A stretch of 64,000 nt of DNA from an uncultured beta proteobacterium (GCA_903903735.1 CAIUZV010000391.1:5626-69625), one strand, 5' to 3'; counted from the stretch's first letter, positions 1-10,697 are shown. A program made the numbers and translations. Notes: generated from the sequence alone by a model not told the origin.

Positions 1-1
1 T

Positions 2-844
2 TCGAGGTTAAGACTAGCCAACAGGGTAGTCTTTGGGTCAGCGGTCCTATTATTGTTTTTTTCGCTGATACATATCGGCCGAGGCTATTTACTATCCGGT
101 GCACCTTTCTTCCCCAGCCCTATTGGCGGATTTTGGTCCCTGCCGTGGGCCGTACATGTTGGTGTTGCGCAGTATGAGTCACAGTTAATCTATGCGTGGG
201 CAAAACAGCCTGGCATTGGTGCACCAAGCGAGTTAGTCACAGGGTTTGGCTGGATTATTCCTTGGCTTGACTCGATTCCTTTGACTGCTAAAGCATTATT
301 TGTGGTGAGTTCCTGCCTAGCCGTACTGACTTTAGTTTGGCGTTGGATGGTTAAGCAAGGGATGTCCGGCGCATACTATTTGCTGGCAGCGCCGATCTTT
401 ACCGCCTTGGTATTTTGGTTTTTTAGCGCTCCAGACCCCCGTTTTTTAGGGGCTATCTTGATCCTATATTTTGTATGGGCGAGTTTTTATTTTTTGCAAT
501 ACGTCGCGGCTCATTCGATTCAGCGCTTGGGTCAAAACGTTACTCTCTACCGTGGTATGGCGCTTTTGTCGATAGCGCTAGTCGCAATCTTGTTTATGCG
601 ATGGTCTGTGGCGAGCGCGAGTAAGCCGGCTGGTTGGGCTGCGATCCCTGTTGCTGAAACAATCGTGCGGTCTAGCGACTACGGCGTGAAGGCCTTTGTT
701 CCAATCAATGCGGGTCTGTGTTGGGATGCCGAGCTTCCTTGCGCTGCATTGTTGCATACAGGTCTCGTGCAGGCTCCGATGCTAGATCTCAGCGGCATGC
801 TTGGTTTCAAGCTAGATCGGTTAGGCTTTGGACTAGTTCGATAA
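2..844 (+). CDS. Polytopic membrane protein, 5'-truncated by the window edge; GT-C-like (resembles LIC_10190-type proteins)
   Basis: Frame is open from base 2, so the ORF-track start at 53 is probably internal. Multiple TM segments; motifs SGAPFFP, WFFSAPDPRF and C-terminal CWDAELPC. Confidence 0.55.
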   Translation, partial: SRLRLANRVVFGSAVLLLFFSLIHIGRGYLLSGAPFFPSPIGGFWSLPWAVHVGVAQYESQLIYAWAKQPGIGAPSELVTGFGWIIPWLDSIPLTAKALFVVSSCLAVLTLVWRWMVKQGMSGAYYLLAAPIFTALVFWFFSAPDPRFLGAILILYFVWASFYFLQYVAAHSIQRLGQNVTLYRGMALLSIALVAILFMRWSVASASKPAGWAAIPVAETIVRSSDYGVKAFVPINAGLCWDAELPCAALLHTGLVQAPMLDLSGMLGFKLDRLGFGLVR

Positions 845-848
845 GTTA

Positions 849-2420
849 ATGGCACTACATACCGAAAATTACTCTAGCCAGCTAAAGAATAGTCTCTCGA
901 TCGCAGGGTCTGTGATTATTGGCTTCGCTATCGTTGTTTTAATGGCGCACTATCTTGCTGCGCAATTTCAGCCAGTTAGATGGCCGACACGTTACTATTT
1001 TCTTGGTATGTTTTTTGTTGCTCTTTTTGCAAATAAAAGAACAGCGGTCGCCGCATTTGTATTTTTCCTACCCCTCGCACCTGACTTCCATCTTCAACTT
1101 GAGCTGGTGTTGCGCCCCGCTGTCAAATATTTTGTGGCACATACGGGTGTCGATATAGTGGCTGGGCTTTGTGCAGGGTGGTGGGTAAAGAGAGCCTGGC
1201 TGGAAAGAAAATTTGCACCACCCTTTGAGCGAATACATTGGTCATTCGGACTTGTTGCAACCATGATGGCTGTTTCTGTGACGTTAGCAGTGACGCGTAA
1301 TTTCCTTGCGATCGATGCACCAGACTTCAGTATCTTAGGCACATGGGAGCAACTCACCCGTTTTAAGTTGCTAAATCATCCCAGCGTGTATGTGCCGTTT
1401 GTTGATCTAGTTAGCTATTGTTTTGCAATTCTTGCGGCAGCAGTGCTTGTCCCCTATTTGAAATCGCTTGAGCAAGGGCAGCGCGAGAGTGTTATTTTTG
1501 TTCCATTAATGTGGAGCGCAATCTTCTCCGCGTGCTGGGGTATCTGGCAGTCTTTCTCTGGATTAGGGCTTTCGCAAATTACGCTTGACTATCGTCCGAC
1601 TAGTTTGGGCTTTGGGGCTCAGGGGTTTCAGCCAGACATTCACTCGTTCGCGGGCATCATGCTCATCGGAACGATCGGTATTCTTGGTTTTATAAAAAAC
1701 GCAGACAAACGCGAGGCGCTGCTTGGCTACTGTTGCATCGGAATTTGTTGGGTAGCCCTGATTTTAAGCAAATCAAAGACCTCCTTTGTATTGGCGTTAG
1801 CCGTTAGCGCTCTATTTGCCTATACATGCTTGCGCTCCATGGGCGTCAGTCGTCGCAAGATTGTTTATTGCGGGCTTGCCGTTACGATCGGGCTGAGTGT
1901 ATTGCTATTGCTCACTAAGAATCTTGTGTGGATTGAAGAACTAGCGCGCGTTCTTCTGGTTCCAAGTAATTGGAGTAAAGAGAAGCTCAATGATGCCTTG
2001 GTTTATCGGCCTGAGTTGTTTAGGGCTGCTTGGCTGATGTTTGCAGATTCACCAATATTTGGGGTTGGGCAAGGAAACTTTTTCCGACTGTCTGCCGACA
2101 TTGATATTAGCCAGTCTGTACACATGGCTCAAAAAGGTGGTGAGAACGCACACAATTATTTTCTGCAAACCTTCGCGGAAACTGGAATAGTTGGGATTTC
2201 GGTATTTTGTTTGGTGTTTGGGCTTCCATTTTTTCTGATCGATTCATTTTCAAAAATAAGAGCACCAGCCGTGGCAATGCTTTCAATAGCGCTTGCTAAC
2301 GTATATTCTCATTCTTTACTCATTAGACCAAACTTGATTTTGCTCGCTGTACTTGTAGCCTTGATGTACGCCAGTATCGACAGTGGAAAAGAGGCCCGGC
2401 AAACCTCTCGGGTTGGATGA
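849..2420 (+). CDS. O-antigen ligase family protein (WaaL/Wzy_C domain)
   Basis: About 12 TM helices; Wzy_C-type motifs RPELFRAAWLMFADSPIFGVGQGNF and AHNYFLQTFAETGIVG. Confidence 0.85.
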   Translation: MALHTENYSSQLKNSLSIAGSVIIGFAIVVLMAHYLAAQFQPVRWPTRYYFLGMFFVALFANKRTAVAAFVFFLPLAPDFHLQLELVLRPAVKYFVAHTGVDIVAGLCAGWWVKRAWLERKFAPPFERIHWSFGLVATMMAVSVTLAVTRNFLAIDAPDFSILGTWEQLTRFKLLNHPSVYVPFVDLVSYCFAILAAAVLVPYLKSLEQGQRESVIFVPLMWSAIFSACWGIWQSFSGLGLSQITLDYRPTSLGFGAQGFQPDIHSFAGIMLIGTIGILGFIKNADKREALLGYCCIGICWVALILSKSKTSFVLALAVSALFAYTCLRSMGVSRRKIVYCGLAVTIGLSVLLLLTKNLVWIEELARVLLVPSNWSKEKLNDALVYRPELFRAAWLMFADSPIFGVGQGNFFRLSADIDISQSVHMAQKGGENAHNYFLQTFAETGIVGISVFCLVFGLPFFLIDSFSKIRAPAVAMLSIALANVYSHSLLIRPNLILLAVLVALMYASIDSGKEARQTSRVG

Positions 2421-3181
2421 GTCACCTTCGTTTGAAAGTCTCTGTGATTACTGTTTGCTACAACAGCGCTCTGACACTAGAACGAGCATTGCATTCGGTC
2501 GCTCAGCAGGACTGGCAACATAAAGAACATATTGTTGTTGATGGGGCTTCTCAGGATGCGACTAGGCAGATCCTCGATAAATATCATTCGCAGCTCGCAC
2601 ATCTCATCAGTGAGCCAGATCAAGGTATTTATGATGCAATGAATAAAGGGTTGAAGTTAGCAACGGGGGACATTATTTGTTTCTTAAACGCTGACGATCT
2701 CTATGCGGCACCGAATGTTTTGTCACGTGTGGCTCAAACGATGGCGCGCAACGGATTAGATGCGATTATTGGTGATGTTGGATTTTTTCGACAAGATAAC
2801 GTGTCAACCACGCTACGGCGCTATCGCTCCGACCGATTTACGCCAAAGCGACTCGCTTGGGGGTGGATGCCGGCCCATCCCGCCTTATTTCTAAGGCGAA
2901 AGGTTTTCGAGCGAGTTGGTTATTTCAAAACAGACTATCAAATTGCCGGTGACTACGAACATGTCGTCCGAGCGTTTTGTGGAGCCCCGCTAAAGTATGC
3001 ACATATGCCGGAGATTCTTGTGCGGATGCAAATGGGCGGCGTGAGCACGAGGGGCCTCAGAGCAACTATTACACTGAATCAAGAAATTCTTCGCGCTTGT
3101 CGCGAAAACGGCGTCTCGACAAATTATCTCAAAATACTCACGAAGTACCCAGCCAAGCTCATGGAGTTTTTTAGGCGATGA
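2417..3181 (+). CDS. Glycosyltransferase family 2 (WcaE-like)
   Basis: KVSVITVCYNS, VVDGASQD, EPDQGIYDAMNKG, FLNADD; ATGA overlap with the upstream gene. Confidence 0.9.
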   Translation: MSHLRLKVSVITVCYNSALTLERALHSVAQQDWQHKEHIVVDGASQDATRQILDKYHSQLAHLISEPDQGIYDAMNKGLKLATGDIICFLNADDLYAAPNVLSRVAQTMARNGLDAIIGDVGFFRQDNVSTTLRRYRSDRFTPKRLAWGWMPAHPALFLRRKVFERVGYFKTDYQIAGDYEHVVRAFCGAPLKYAHMPEILVRMQMGGVSTRGLRATITLNQEILRACRENGVSTNYLKILTKYPAKLMEFFRR

Positions 3182-4116
3182 GCGTGCTGATAACCGGTGC
3201 TAACGGATTCATTGGCGGTGCTTTGTGCCAATATCTTTTGAATCAGGGTGTTGAGGTCATCCCAGTCGTTCGGCGCCGCTGCGACATACCGAATGCCAAA
3301 ATTTTATCAGAGGATGATGAGGCAGGATGGCGCCAAACCTTACTGACATGCGACACCATGGTTCACCTTGCTGGGCAGTCGCAGGTTGATTTGGCTCACC
3401 CCGATCCGTTTTCGAGTCTACATCATTCGAACGTAGCGCTGACAGTTTCGTTGTTTCGCCGTGCGGCCGCGGCGGACGTTCGTCGGTTTATTTATGTCAG
3501 CTCAGCAAAGGTCAACGGCGAAAGAACTGAAACAAAGCAATTCGTTTCTGCCGATGATCCTGTGGCCCCTGAAGACCACTATGCGCTATCCAAATGGAAG
3601 GCAGAACAAAGCTTGCGGTCAGAAGCTTTGGGATCTAGGACTGAGCTGGTTGTTATCAGGCCACCATTAGTGTATGGCCCTGCTGTTAAAGGTAACTTCA
3701 ACGCCTTGATTCGACTTTTAAAAAGACAATTGCCACTTCCGATGGCTTGTATAAACAATCAGCGGTCGCTACTGGCTCTTGAAAACCTGTGTAGTTTTAT
3801 TGCGCTGTGTGCTGACCGCGATCGCTCGCCTTTAGCCGCCGACCAGACATTTTTAGTGGCGGATGGTCCGCCTGTTTCCACGCCAGAGCTATTTCGTCAG
3901 ATTGCCACTGCGTATGAACTCAAGGTCAGGTTGTTTTGTGTTCCACCCAAGCTTATGCGATGGCTATTGCTTCTTGTCGGCAAATCCTCTATTTCGAATC
4001 GGCTGTTCGACTCGTTCGTAGTCGATGATAAAAAGTGTAATGAGCTACTTGGCTGGGTACCACCGGTAACGATGGCACAGCAATTAAAAAGGATGCATAT
4101 TGCTGAGGTTTCTTGA
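3178..4116 (+). CDS. NAD-dependent epimerase/dehydratase (extended SDR; probable UDP-4-keto-6-deoxy-HexNAc reductase/epimerase)
   Basis: GANGFIG Rossmann motif, YALSK catalytic motif, IRPPLVYGP; typical neighbour of WbpM and a sugar transferase. Confidence 0.85.
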   Translation: MSVLITGANGFIGGALCQYLLNQGVEVIPVVRRRCDIPNAKILSEDDEAGWRQTLLTCDTMVHLAGQSQVDLAHPDPFSSLHHSNVALTVSLFRRAAAADVRRFIYVSSAKVNGERTETKQFVSADDPVAPEDHYALSKWKAEQSLRSEALGSRTELVVIRPPLVYGPAVKGNFNALIRLLKRQLPLPMACINNQRSLLALENLCSFIALCADRDRSPLAADQTFLVADGPPVSTPELFRQIATAYELKVRLFCVPPKLMRWLLLLVGKSSISNRLFDSFVVDDKKCNELLGWVPPVTMAQQLKRMHIAEVS

Positions 4117-4654
4117 TATTTTGATCGCTGGGGTTGGCTTGGCTTTAAGCGCCCCCCTATTACTGCTACTCTTTGTGCTGGGTATGTTTGACACTGGGCA
4201 GCCGCTCTTCTTTCAGACACGAGTCGGGCGCAATCAAAAGCCCTTTATATTAGTAAAGTATCGAACCATGCGGCCAGCGGTCGAGTCGGTCGCGACTCAT
4301 TTAGTTGATCCTAGCGCTGTTACGAAAATTGGCGCGTTTTTACGACGAACCAAGTTAGACGAGTTACCTCAGCTTTGGAATGTTCTGCTTGGTGATATGA
4401 GCCTAGTTGGCCCCAGGCCATGTCTGTTTAATCAGTCTGAGTTAATTGTTGAGCGAGCAGCGCGAAAGGTGTTTGATGCGCGGCCAGGTATCACAGGCCT
4501 GTCGCAGATAAGTGGAATCGACATGTCCACCCCCGTACTTCTTGCAGAGACCGACGCGAAGATGTTAGCTGGTCTAAACTTAACGAAATACCTTAAGTAC
4601 ATTTTTTCTACTCTTTGTGGCGCGGGTGCAGGTGATCGCGTCAACACTGGCTAA
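4100..4654 (+). CDS. Monotopic phosphoglycosyltransferase (bacterial sugar transferase, PglC/WbaP C-terminal type)
   Basis: KYRTM, FLRRTKLDELPQLWNVLLGDMSLVGPRP, RPGITGLSQI. Confidence 0.92.
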   Translation: MLRFLDILIAGVGLALSAPLLLLLFVLGMFDTGQPLFFQTRVGRNQKPFILVKYRTMRPAVESVATHLVDPSAVTKIGAFLRRTKLDELPQLWNVLLGDMSLVGPRPCLFNQSELIVERAARKVFDARPGITGLSQISGIDMSTPVLLAETDAKMLAGLNLTKYLKYIFSTLCGAGAGDRVNTG

Positions 4655-4670
4655 TTAGACATACACATCG

Positions 4671-6587
4671 ATGAGACGAGTTTTATCTAGATTGACGGCC
4701 CCGGTTCTCGAGTTGCCTCGTGCCGCTAAGCGCGTGGTCGCCATCATGGTGGACATGAGCTTATGCGTGCTGACGGTATGGCTTGCCTATTACATGCGTC
4801 TTGGCGAGTTTGTGACCTTGTCAGGCAACGCGCTGATTGCCACGGTTTTGTCGATGGCAATTTGTCTCTTTGTATTTATCGTATTTGGTTTGTATAGAGC
4901 AATTTTTCGGTACAGTGACTGGCCCGCTTTGTTAACAGTTGTACGTGCTGTGAGCGTGTATGGCCTGCTCTATTCGGCCATCTTTACCGCAGTGGGTGTT
5001 AACGAAGTGCCGCGTACCGTTGGCATAATTCAGCCGATCCTGCTTTTACTGTTTGTCGGTGCATCAAGGGCGCTGGCAAGGATTTGGTTGGGCGAACGCT
5101 ATCAACACATTTTAAAGAAGTCGTCGCGGCCTAGAGTGTTGATCTATGGTGCAGGCCGTACTGGACGTCAGCTCGCAGCAGCGATGGCTAATAGCTTTGA
5201 GATGCAAGTTGTTGGCTTTTTAGACGATGATGTGCGTCTTTCCGGCAATGTACTAAACGGCCAACCGATTTATAACCCCAATGATCTCGGTAGCGTCGTC
5301 GCAACGCTTTCGGTTACTGCTGTGTTGCTGGCCATGCCAAGTATCAGCCGTAAGCGTCGAAATGAAATATTAGGTCAGATCCGTAGCGCGCAAGTATCGG
5401 TTCGTACCCTACCAAGTTTCAGCGACCTTGCCGAGGGAAAAGTCAAAGTTTCTGATCTTCGAGAATTGGATATTGATGACCTTCTGGGTCGGGAACCTGT
5501 AGCACCGACTCAGAGTTTATTGACCAAAAATATTACCGACAAAGTTGTGCTGGTCACCGGTGCTGGTGGCTCGATCGGAAGTGAGCTTTGTCGTCAAATC
5601 TTGGCTGTGAAGCCCCAAACCTTATTATTGATTGAGCAAAGCGAATACGCCCTTTACGAAATCCATCAAGAGCTTGAAGAAAAAGCACTCGGTACTCAAA
5701 TCAATATTATTCCGATACTTGCATCTGTTCAGAATCAAGACAGGATGCATGAAATCATGTCGACTTGGCGGCCTCACACGGTTTATCACGCCGCAGCCTA
5801 CAAACACGTACCCCTAGTTGAGCACAATCCTGCCGAAGGTGTAAAAAATAACGTTTTTGGTACCTTAAAGACCGCCAAAGCCGCAATCGACAATGGCGTT
5901 CAAGACTTTGTGTTGGTGAGTACCGACAAGGCCGTCCGCCCGACGAATATTATGGGTGCTAGCAAAAGGCTTGCCGAGATGGTGCTACAGGCCTTGGCTG
6001 CAACGAACGTTTCTACTAACTTTGTGATGGTGAGGTTTGGTAACGTACTTGGGTCATCTGGTTCAGTCGTACCTAAGTTTAGGCAGCAGATTAAAGATGG
6101 TGGCCCCATTACGCTGACGCATTTAGACATCACGCGCTATTTCATGACCATCCCAGAGGCTGCTCAATTAGTGATTCAGGCTGGCGCGATGGCTTCGGGT
6201 GGTGACGTTTGCGTATTAGATATGGGGCAGCCCGTAAAAATTATTGACTTGGCACGGCGCATGATTCAATTGTCTGGGTTGACGCTACAAGATGCCGAAA
6301 GCCCTGATGGCGACATCGCCATTGAAGTGACCGGTTTGCGTCCAGGTGAAAAATTGTACGAAGAGCTTTTGATCGGCAACAATCCAACATCCACTGCGCA
6401 CTCACGAATCATGAAATCGCACGAGGCGTTTATTGAACTGCCAGAGCTAGAGGTAAAACTTGCCTCGCTTGAAGCCGAGCTCAATATCAACGACGCGGCC
6501 AGGGTGCGCCAGTTGTTACAACAAATCGTTCTAGACTATTCGCCAACGGGCGAGGTTGTAGATTGGGTTTATATGGCTGGCCACTAA
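4671..6587 (+). CDS. Membrane-bound UDP-GlcNAc 4,6-dehydratase (CapD/WbpM/PglF family)
   Basis: Four N-terminal TMs; VTGAGGSIGSELCRQ, HAAAYKHVP, STDKAVRPTNIMGASKR, RFGNVLGSSGSV, GLRPGEKLYEEL. Confidence 0.95.
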   Translation: MRRVLSRLTAPVLELPRAAKRVVAIMVDMSLCVLTVWLAYYMRLGEFVTLSGNALIATVLSMAICLFVFIVFGLYRAIFRYSDWPALLTVVRAVSVYGLLYSAIFTAVGVNEVPRTVGIIQPILLLLFVGASRALARIWLGERYQHILKKSSRPRVLIYGAGRTGRQLAAAMANSFEMQVVGFLDDDVRLSGNVLNGQPIYNPNDLGSVVATLSVTAVLLAMPSISRKRRNEILGQIRSAQVSVRTLPSFSDLAEGKVKVSDLRELDIDDLLGREPVAPTQSLLTKNITDKVVLVTGAGGSIGSELCRQILAVKPQTLLLIEQSEYALYEIHQELEEKALGTQINIIPILASVQNQDRMHEIMSTWRPHTVYHAAAYKHVPLVEHNPAEGVKNNVFGTLKTAKAAIDNGVQDFVLVSTDKAVRPTNIMGASKRLAEMVLQALAATNVSTNFVMVRFGNVLGSSGSVVPKFRQQIKDGGPITLTHLDITRYFMTIPEAAQLVIQAGAMASGGDVCVLDMGQPVKIIDLARRMIQLSGLTLQDAESPDGDIAIEVTGLRPGEKLYEELLIGNNPTSTAHSRIMKSHEAFIELPELEVKLASLEAELNINDAARVRQLLQQIVLDYSPTGEVVDWVYMAGH

Positions 6588-6597
6588 GCTTTAGCCA

Positions 6598-7698
6598 ATG
6601 AAGCCAATCAATCACAAACTGGCACGACTTGCAAAGTTGCTGACGCCGCTTTGGTATGTGTTAAAGCCTTTTGGGCCGCAAAAAGCACCAACTCAACCAC
6701 CAAGTTCAATACTGGTCTTTGATTTTCACTTGATTGGCGACATCGTCATGTTGACGCCGTTGCTTCAGTCGTTAAAGACTGCGTATCCACAAGCGCGCTT
6801 AGTGTTGGTGGCAGGTGCTTGGGCAAAAGAGATCCTACACGGTACCGATTTAGTCGACGAAATCATCCCGTTTGCCGCACCCTGGGTAAAGTACAAGCAA
6901 GGGTGGGGTGGCATAGTTTCGTGCTATCACTTAGTCAAACAACTACGTCAACAGACTTGGGATTTGGGTATTGAGGTTCGCGGTGATATTCGCCAGATCC
7001 TATTGTTATGGCTTACCGGTGCAAAGCGAAGAGTTGGTTTCGATTTTACGGGTGGCGGGGCATTACTCACCGATGTGGTGTTTGATGACGGTGCGATGGC
7101 ACATCTCACCGAGCATCATCAAAGAATTTGCGAACATTTGGGCGTTTGGCAGACGAATGAAAAGTATCTGCCCTTTCTTAAGCTAACTCCAACAGAGCAA
7201 GCACAGGCACAAGATATAGCGCCTTTTATTGGCTTTCATTTCGGGGCTTCATTGCCGTTAAGGCGGCTACCACGAGCTGAAATCATTCAGTTGCTTTCAA
7301 AGTTTCAGTTTATTGACCACAAGCTAGTTGTATTTTTGACATCAGATCAGTCAGACTTTGATGCTGCGCTGATCGAATTACCAAGTAAAGTGCAGGTTAA
7401 AATAGAGTTTTGGACTGGTGGCTTACGGGAATTTGTTATCCGTTTGAGTCGCGCTAAGCATTTCTACTGCATGGATAGTGGACCAGCACATATTGCGAGC
7501 GCCTTAGGCGTGCCAAGCACGGTTTTTTTTGGCCCAGCAAACTCGAGTTATGTTCGTTCAATTGGTCAGCGCGTCGAAATTGTCAGTAAGCTGGACGTAG
7601 AGTGCAGACCGTGTAATCAGGTTAAGTGTATTAACCAGGTTAATCAATACTGTATGGTTGGTTTAGCCGACGGGGTTGATCCAACGAGCAGCTCCTAG
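6598..7698 (+). CDS. Glycosyltransferase family 9 (heptosyltransferase-like)
   Basis: HLIGDIVMLTP, DSGPAHIASALGVP, FFGP, CRPC. Confidence 0.88.
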   Translation: MKPINHKLARLAKLLTPLWYVLKPFGPQKAPTQPPSSILVFDFHLIGDIVMLTPLLQSLKTAYPQARLVLVAGAWAKEILHGTDLVDEIIPFAAPWVKYKQGWGGIVSCYHLVKQLRQQTWDLGIEVRGDIRQILLLWLTGAKRRVGFDFTGGGALLTDVVFDDGAMAHLTEHHQRICEHLGVWQTNEKYLPFLKLTPTEQAQAQDIAPFIGFHFGASLPLRRLPRAEIIQLLSKFQFIDHKLVVFLTSDQSDFDAALIELPSKVQVKIEFWTGGLREFVIRLSRAKHFYCMDSGPAHIASALGVPSTVFFGPANSSYVRSIGQRVEIVSKLDVECRPCNQVKCINQVNQYCMVGLADGVDPTSSS

Positions 7699-7806
7699 GG
7701 ATTCCGCCAAATACGGTTGAATTTGAATGCTAGCTGCCCGGCAGATTGCCAAATTTAATAAAGAATCTTAACTTGTAGATAACAACCAGGCGTAGCGAAG
7801 TAACTT

Positions 7807-8628
7807 GTGGATAACTTGCCTCGAATAACAATTGTCACGCCAAGCTTTAATCAGGCCGCGTTTTTAGAGCGAACGATTTTATCGATATTGAATCAAGGCT
7901 ATCCCAATCTTGAGCACATCATCGTCGATGGCGGCTCGACAGATGGTAGTGTTGATATCATTCGTAAGTACGAAAAGCATCTTGCTTGGTGGGTGTCTGA
8001 GCCTGACGAAGGCCAATCGCAAGCCATCAACAAAGGTCTCAAGCGGGCAACGGGCGACTGGATTGCTTGGCAAAATTCAGATGATCTGTATTACCCCGGT
8101 GCGTTTTACGAGCTCGCAGCAGCAGCAAAAAAATTTCCTCAAGCAGGCTTGATTATTGGGGATGTCATGTTAATTGACGAGCACGATGTGCCTTTTCGTG
8201 AAATGCGTTACACAAAGCCCACCTACAACGCCTTGCGTGCTGAGGGGATGGTGTTAACGAACCAAGCCGCTTTTTGGCGACGTACGACACAGGACGCTAT
8301 CGGTCTGCTCAATGAACAACTTCATTGTTCGTTTGACTATGAGTGGTTTTTGCGCATTGTTAGATCTACAAAAGGCGCTCACGTTACTCGTATTTGGGGC
8401 GCTTTGCGCTTCCATGAGCAAACAAAAAGCTCAACTCAAAGCGCGACCTTTACCGATGAGAGCCAGTTAGTGTTAGCAGGTCGAGAAATGTCGACTTGGC
8501 AAATTGCGATGTACAGGCTACGGCGGTATACCCTGTTGTTTTTTCAGGGCCACTTTCGTTATCTTTTTAGAGGCATTACTCGGCGCGTATTTCGAACCGG
8601 TACTGGGCACAGGCTTTTGAATGACTGA
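7807..8628 (+). CDS. Glycosyltransferase family 2
   Basis: ITIVTPSFNQA, VDGGSTDGS, DEGQSQAINKG, NSDD. Confidence 0.92.
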   Translation: MDNLPRITIVTPSFNQAAFLERTILSILNQGYPNLEHIIVDGGSTDGSVDIIRKYEKHLAWWVSEPDEGQSQAINKGLKRATGDWIAWQNSDDLYYPGAFYELAAAAKKFPQAGLIIGDVMLIDEHDVPFREMRYTKPTYNALRAEGMVLTNQAAFWRRTTQDAIGLLNEQLHCSFDYEWFLRIVRSTKGAHVTRIWGALRFHEQTKSSTQSATFTDESQLVLAGREMSTWQIAMYRLRRYTLLFFQGHFRYLFRGITRRVFRTGTGHRLLND

Positions 8629-9571
8629 TTTTGCGCTTACTACGCCTGTGGCGTTCATCATATTTAATCGACCGGACACCACGCAAAAAGTATTTGATGA
8701 GATTGCAAAAGCTCGGCCCCTAAAGCTTTTGGTGATTGGAGATGGAGCCCGTGAAAATCGACCCGGCGAGGCTGAGCGTGTGGCTGCAACTCGGGCGATT
8801 ATTCAAAAGGTAAATTGGCCTTGCGAAGTTCTTTGCAATTTCTCTGACCTTAATTTAGGTTGCAAAGTGCGCGTCTCCAGCGGTATAGACTGGGTATTTG
8901 AACAAGTGCCTGAAGCGATCATTTTAGAAGACGATTGTTTACCGGACCCGAGTTTCTTTCGCTTCTGCCAAGAGCTACTTGAAAAGTACCGTGAAGATCA
9001 CCGAGTAGGTATGATCAGCGGGGATAACTTTCAGTTTGGTAGGCGCTACAACGAGGACAGTTATTATTTTTCCAGATATATGCATATCTGGGGTTGGGCT
9101 ACTTGGCGAAATCGCTGGATTGGGTCCTACGATGTCAGAATGAGCGATTGGCCCTCAATGAGAAATTCAACACCGCTCTTAGATATACTTGACGACACGA
9201 GGGAGGTTGCGATCTGGAAGGATATTTTTGAAAAGACTTACGAAGGTAGAATCGACACATGGGATCATCAGTGGTCGTATGCGAACTGGATCAGAGGACG
9301 TCTCAATATACTTCCAGCAGTTAATCTAATATCAAATATAGGCTTTGGCGTAGACGCTACACATACGGTGCGAGGTAATCATCTAGCGAATTTGGCAACA
9401 CACACAATGAGTTTTCCTCTTTCACACCCGCTGAAACTAACGAATAATAGAGCGGCTGATGCGTACACTAGAGACCGCTGGTTTATGCGACCACTGTGGT
9501 TAAAAGTATTTGATCGACTTCAATATTTTTTAGTTGATCTCAGTAAATCGCTACAGAGATTTTTAAGGTAA
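8621..9571 (+). CDS. GT-A fold nucleotide-diphospho-sugar transferase (often mis-annotated 'hemolytic protein HlpA')
   Basis: PVAFIIFNRP, NLGCK, ILEDDC, WGWATW, DTWDHQW, NIGFG. Confidence 0.85.
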   Translation: MTDFALTTPVAFIIFNRPDTTQKVFDEIAKARPLKLLVIGDGARENRPGEAERVAATRAIIQKVNWPCEVLCNFSDLNLGCKVRVSSGIDWVFEQVPEAIILEDDCLPDPSFFRFCQELLEKYREDHRVGMISGDNFQFGRRYNEDSYYFSRYMHIWGWATWRNRWIGSYDVRMSDWPSMRNSTPLLDILDDTREVAIWKDIFEKTYEGRIDTWDHQWSYANWIRGRLNILPAVNLISNIGFGVDATHTVRGNHLANLATHTMSFPLSHPLKLTNNRAADAYTRDRWFMRPLWLKVFDRLQYFLVDLSKSLQRFLR

Positions 9572-9578
9572 GACATAG

Positions 9579-10367
9579 ATGAAATGCCCTATATGTGAGG
9601 CGAAAACTGAAAGAGCTTTTATAACTACGATTTTATCTAGATACGAAGCGGAATACCGACATTGCCGTCATTGTGGTTATTTGTTTGCCGCTGACCCTCA
9701 CTGGCTAAATGAAGCTTATACGGATGCAATATCATCAACCGATACCGGTTTAGTGAAACGTAACATTTCGATTAGTTCAAAAGTTGCGTGCTTGCTATAT
9801 TTTTGCGCAAAAGAGCGAGGAAAAGGGCGTTACTTGGATGTCGCCGGCGGTTACGGAATGCTGACTCGTATGATGAGAGATTTCGGTTTTGATTTTTTTT
9901 GGCAAGACAAGTATTGCGCAAATTTATTAGCCAAAGGCTTTGAATTTAATAGAGCAGACGGCGAGTGTCTTGCCGTCACCGCGTTTGAAGTTTTGGAGCA
10001 TGTAACGAACCCGATCGATTTCATAAAACTGTCTTTGGACGACGCTGGAGCAAGTACCTTGATTTTTTCGACAATCCTTTACAAAGGTGAACCGCCCGAC
10101 CCTCGAGAATGGTGGTACTACACATTCTCAACCGGACAGCATATCGGCTTCTTTCAAAAAAGGACTTTAGAGATTATCGGACAAAAACTGGGACTGCGTT
10201 TATCTACCGCGAAGGATATTCATGTTCTTTCGAAAACCAAATTTTCATATTCATTTATGAAAATATTAACTAGAGATATTGTTTCTAGGCTAATTTGTTT
10301 TTGGATTATGTTCAGACTGAACGGTAAGGCAGAAAGCGATCGTGAAACATTGCTTGCGCGCCAATGA
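9579..10367 (+). CDS. Class I SAM-dependent methyltransferase with N-terminal CxxC...CxxC
   Basis: CPIC/CRHC, LDVAGGYG, FEVLEH, GQHIGFF. Confidence 0.85.
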   Translation: MKCPICEAKTERAFITTILSRYEAEYRHCRHCGYLFAADPHWLNEAYTDAISSTDTGLVKRNISISSKVACLLYFCAKERGKGRYLDVAGGYGMLTRMMRDFGFDFFWQDKYCANLLAKGFEFNRADGECLAVTAFEVLEHVTNPIDFIKLSLDDAGASTLIFSTILYKGEPPDPREWWYYTFSTGQHIGFFQKRTLEIIGQKLGLRLSTAKDIHVLSKTKFSYSFMKILTRDIVSRLICFWIMFRLNGKAESDRETLLARQ

Positions 10368-10445
10368 TTGATCAAACAGCTTAGCGATGTTAATTGCTAT
10401 TTACTAACCGCATGCAAAGCACTTAACTGCGAACGTGTCCTAGAT

Positions 10446-10468
10446 CCCGCCGCGACTATAACGGCGGG
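10446..10468. terminator. GC-rich hairpin between convergent transcription units (possible terminator)
   Basis: cccgccg (10446-10452) and cggcggg (10462-10468) form a perfect 7-bp stem with a 9-nt loop. No clear U-tract, so weak. Confidence 0.25.
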
Positions 10469-10697
10469 CAGTCAATTGCGATTTGGAGAATTGTCGGTTT
10501 TTGTGTATCTTCCGAATTACACTCTAAGTCCCTTTCCTGATGTAGATATTTTTTTTTGAAGAGAGGTAAAGAAAATACCCTCGCTACATTTGGAAGAAAC
10601 TAGGCGAAGAGGTGTTTAAAAAACTAGAGACGATTTCAATACAACTCTGGGAAAGTATGAGAGTTTTGCGAACCGGACTAATAATCTCCGATGCAGT

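Noticed and set aside
10368-10559. 63-aa plus-strand ORF after the methyltransferase
   Set aside because: No motifs, and it overlaps a hairpin and a possible opposite-strand remnant.
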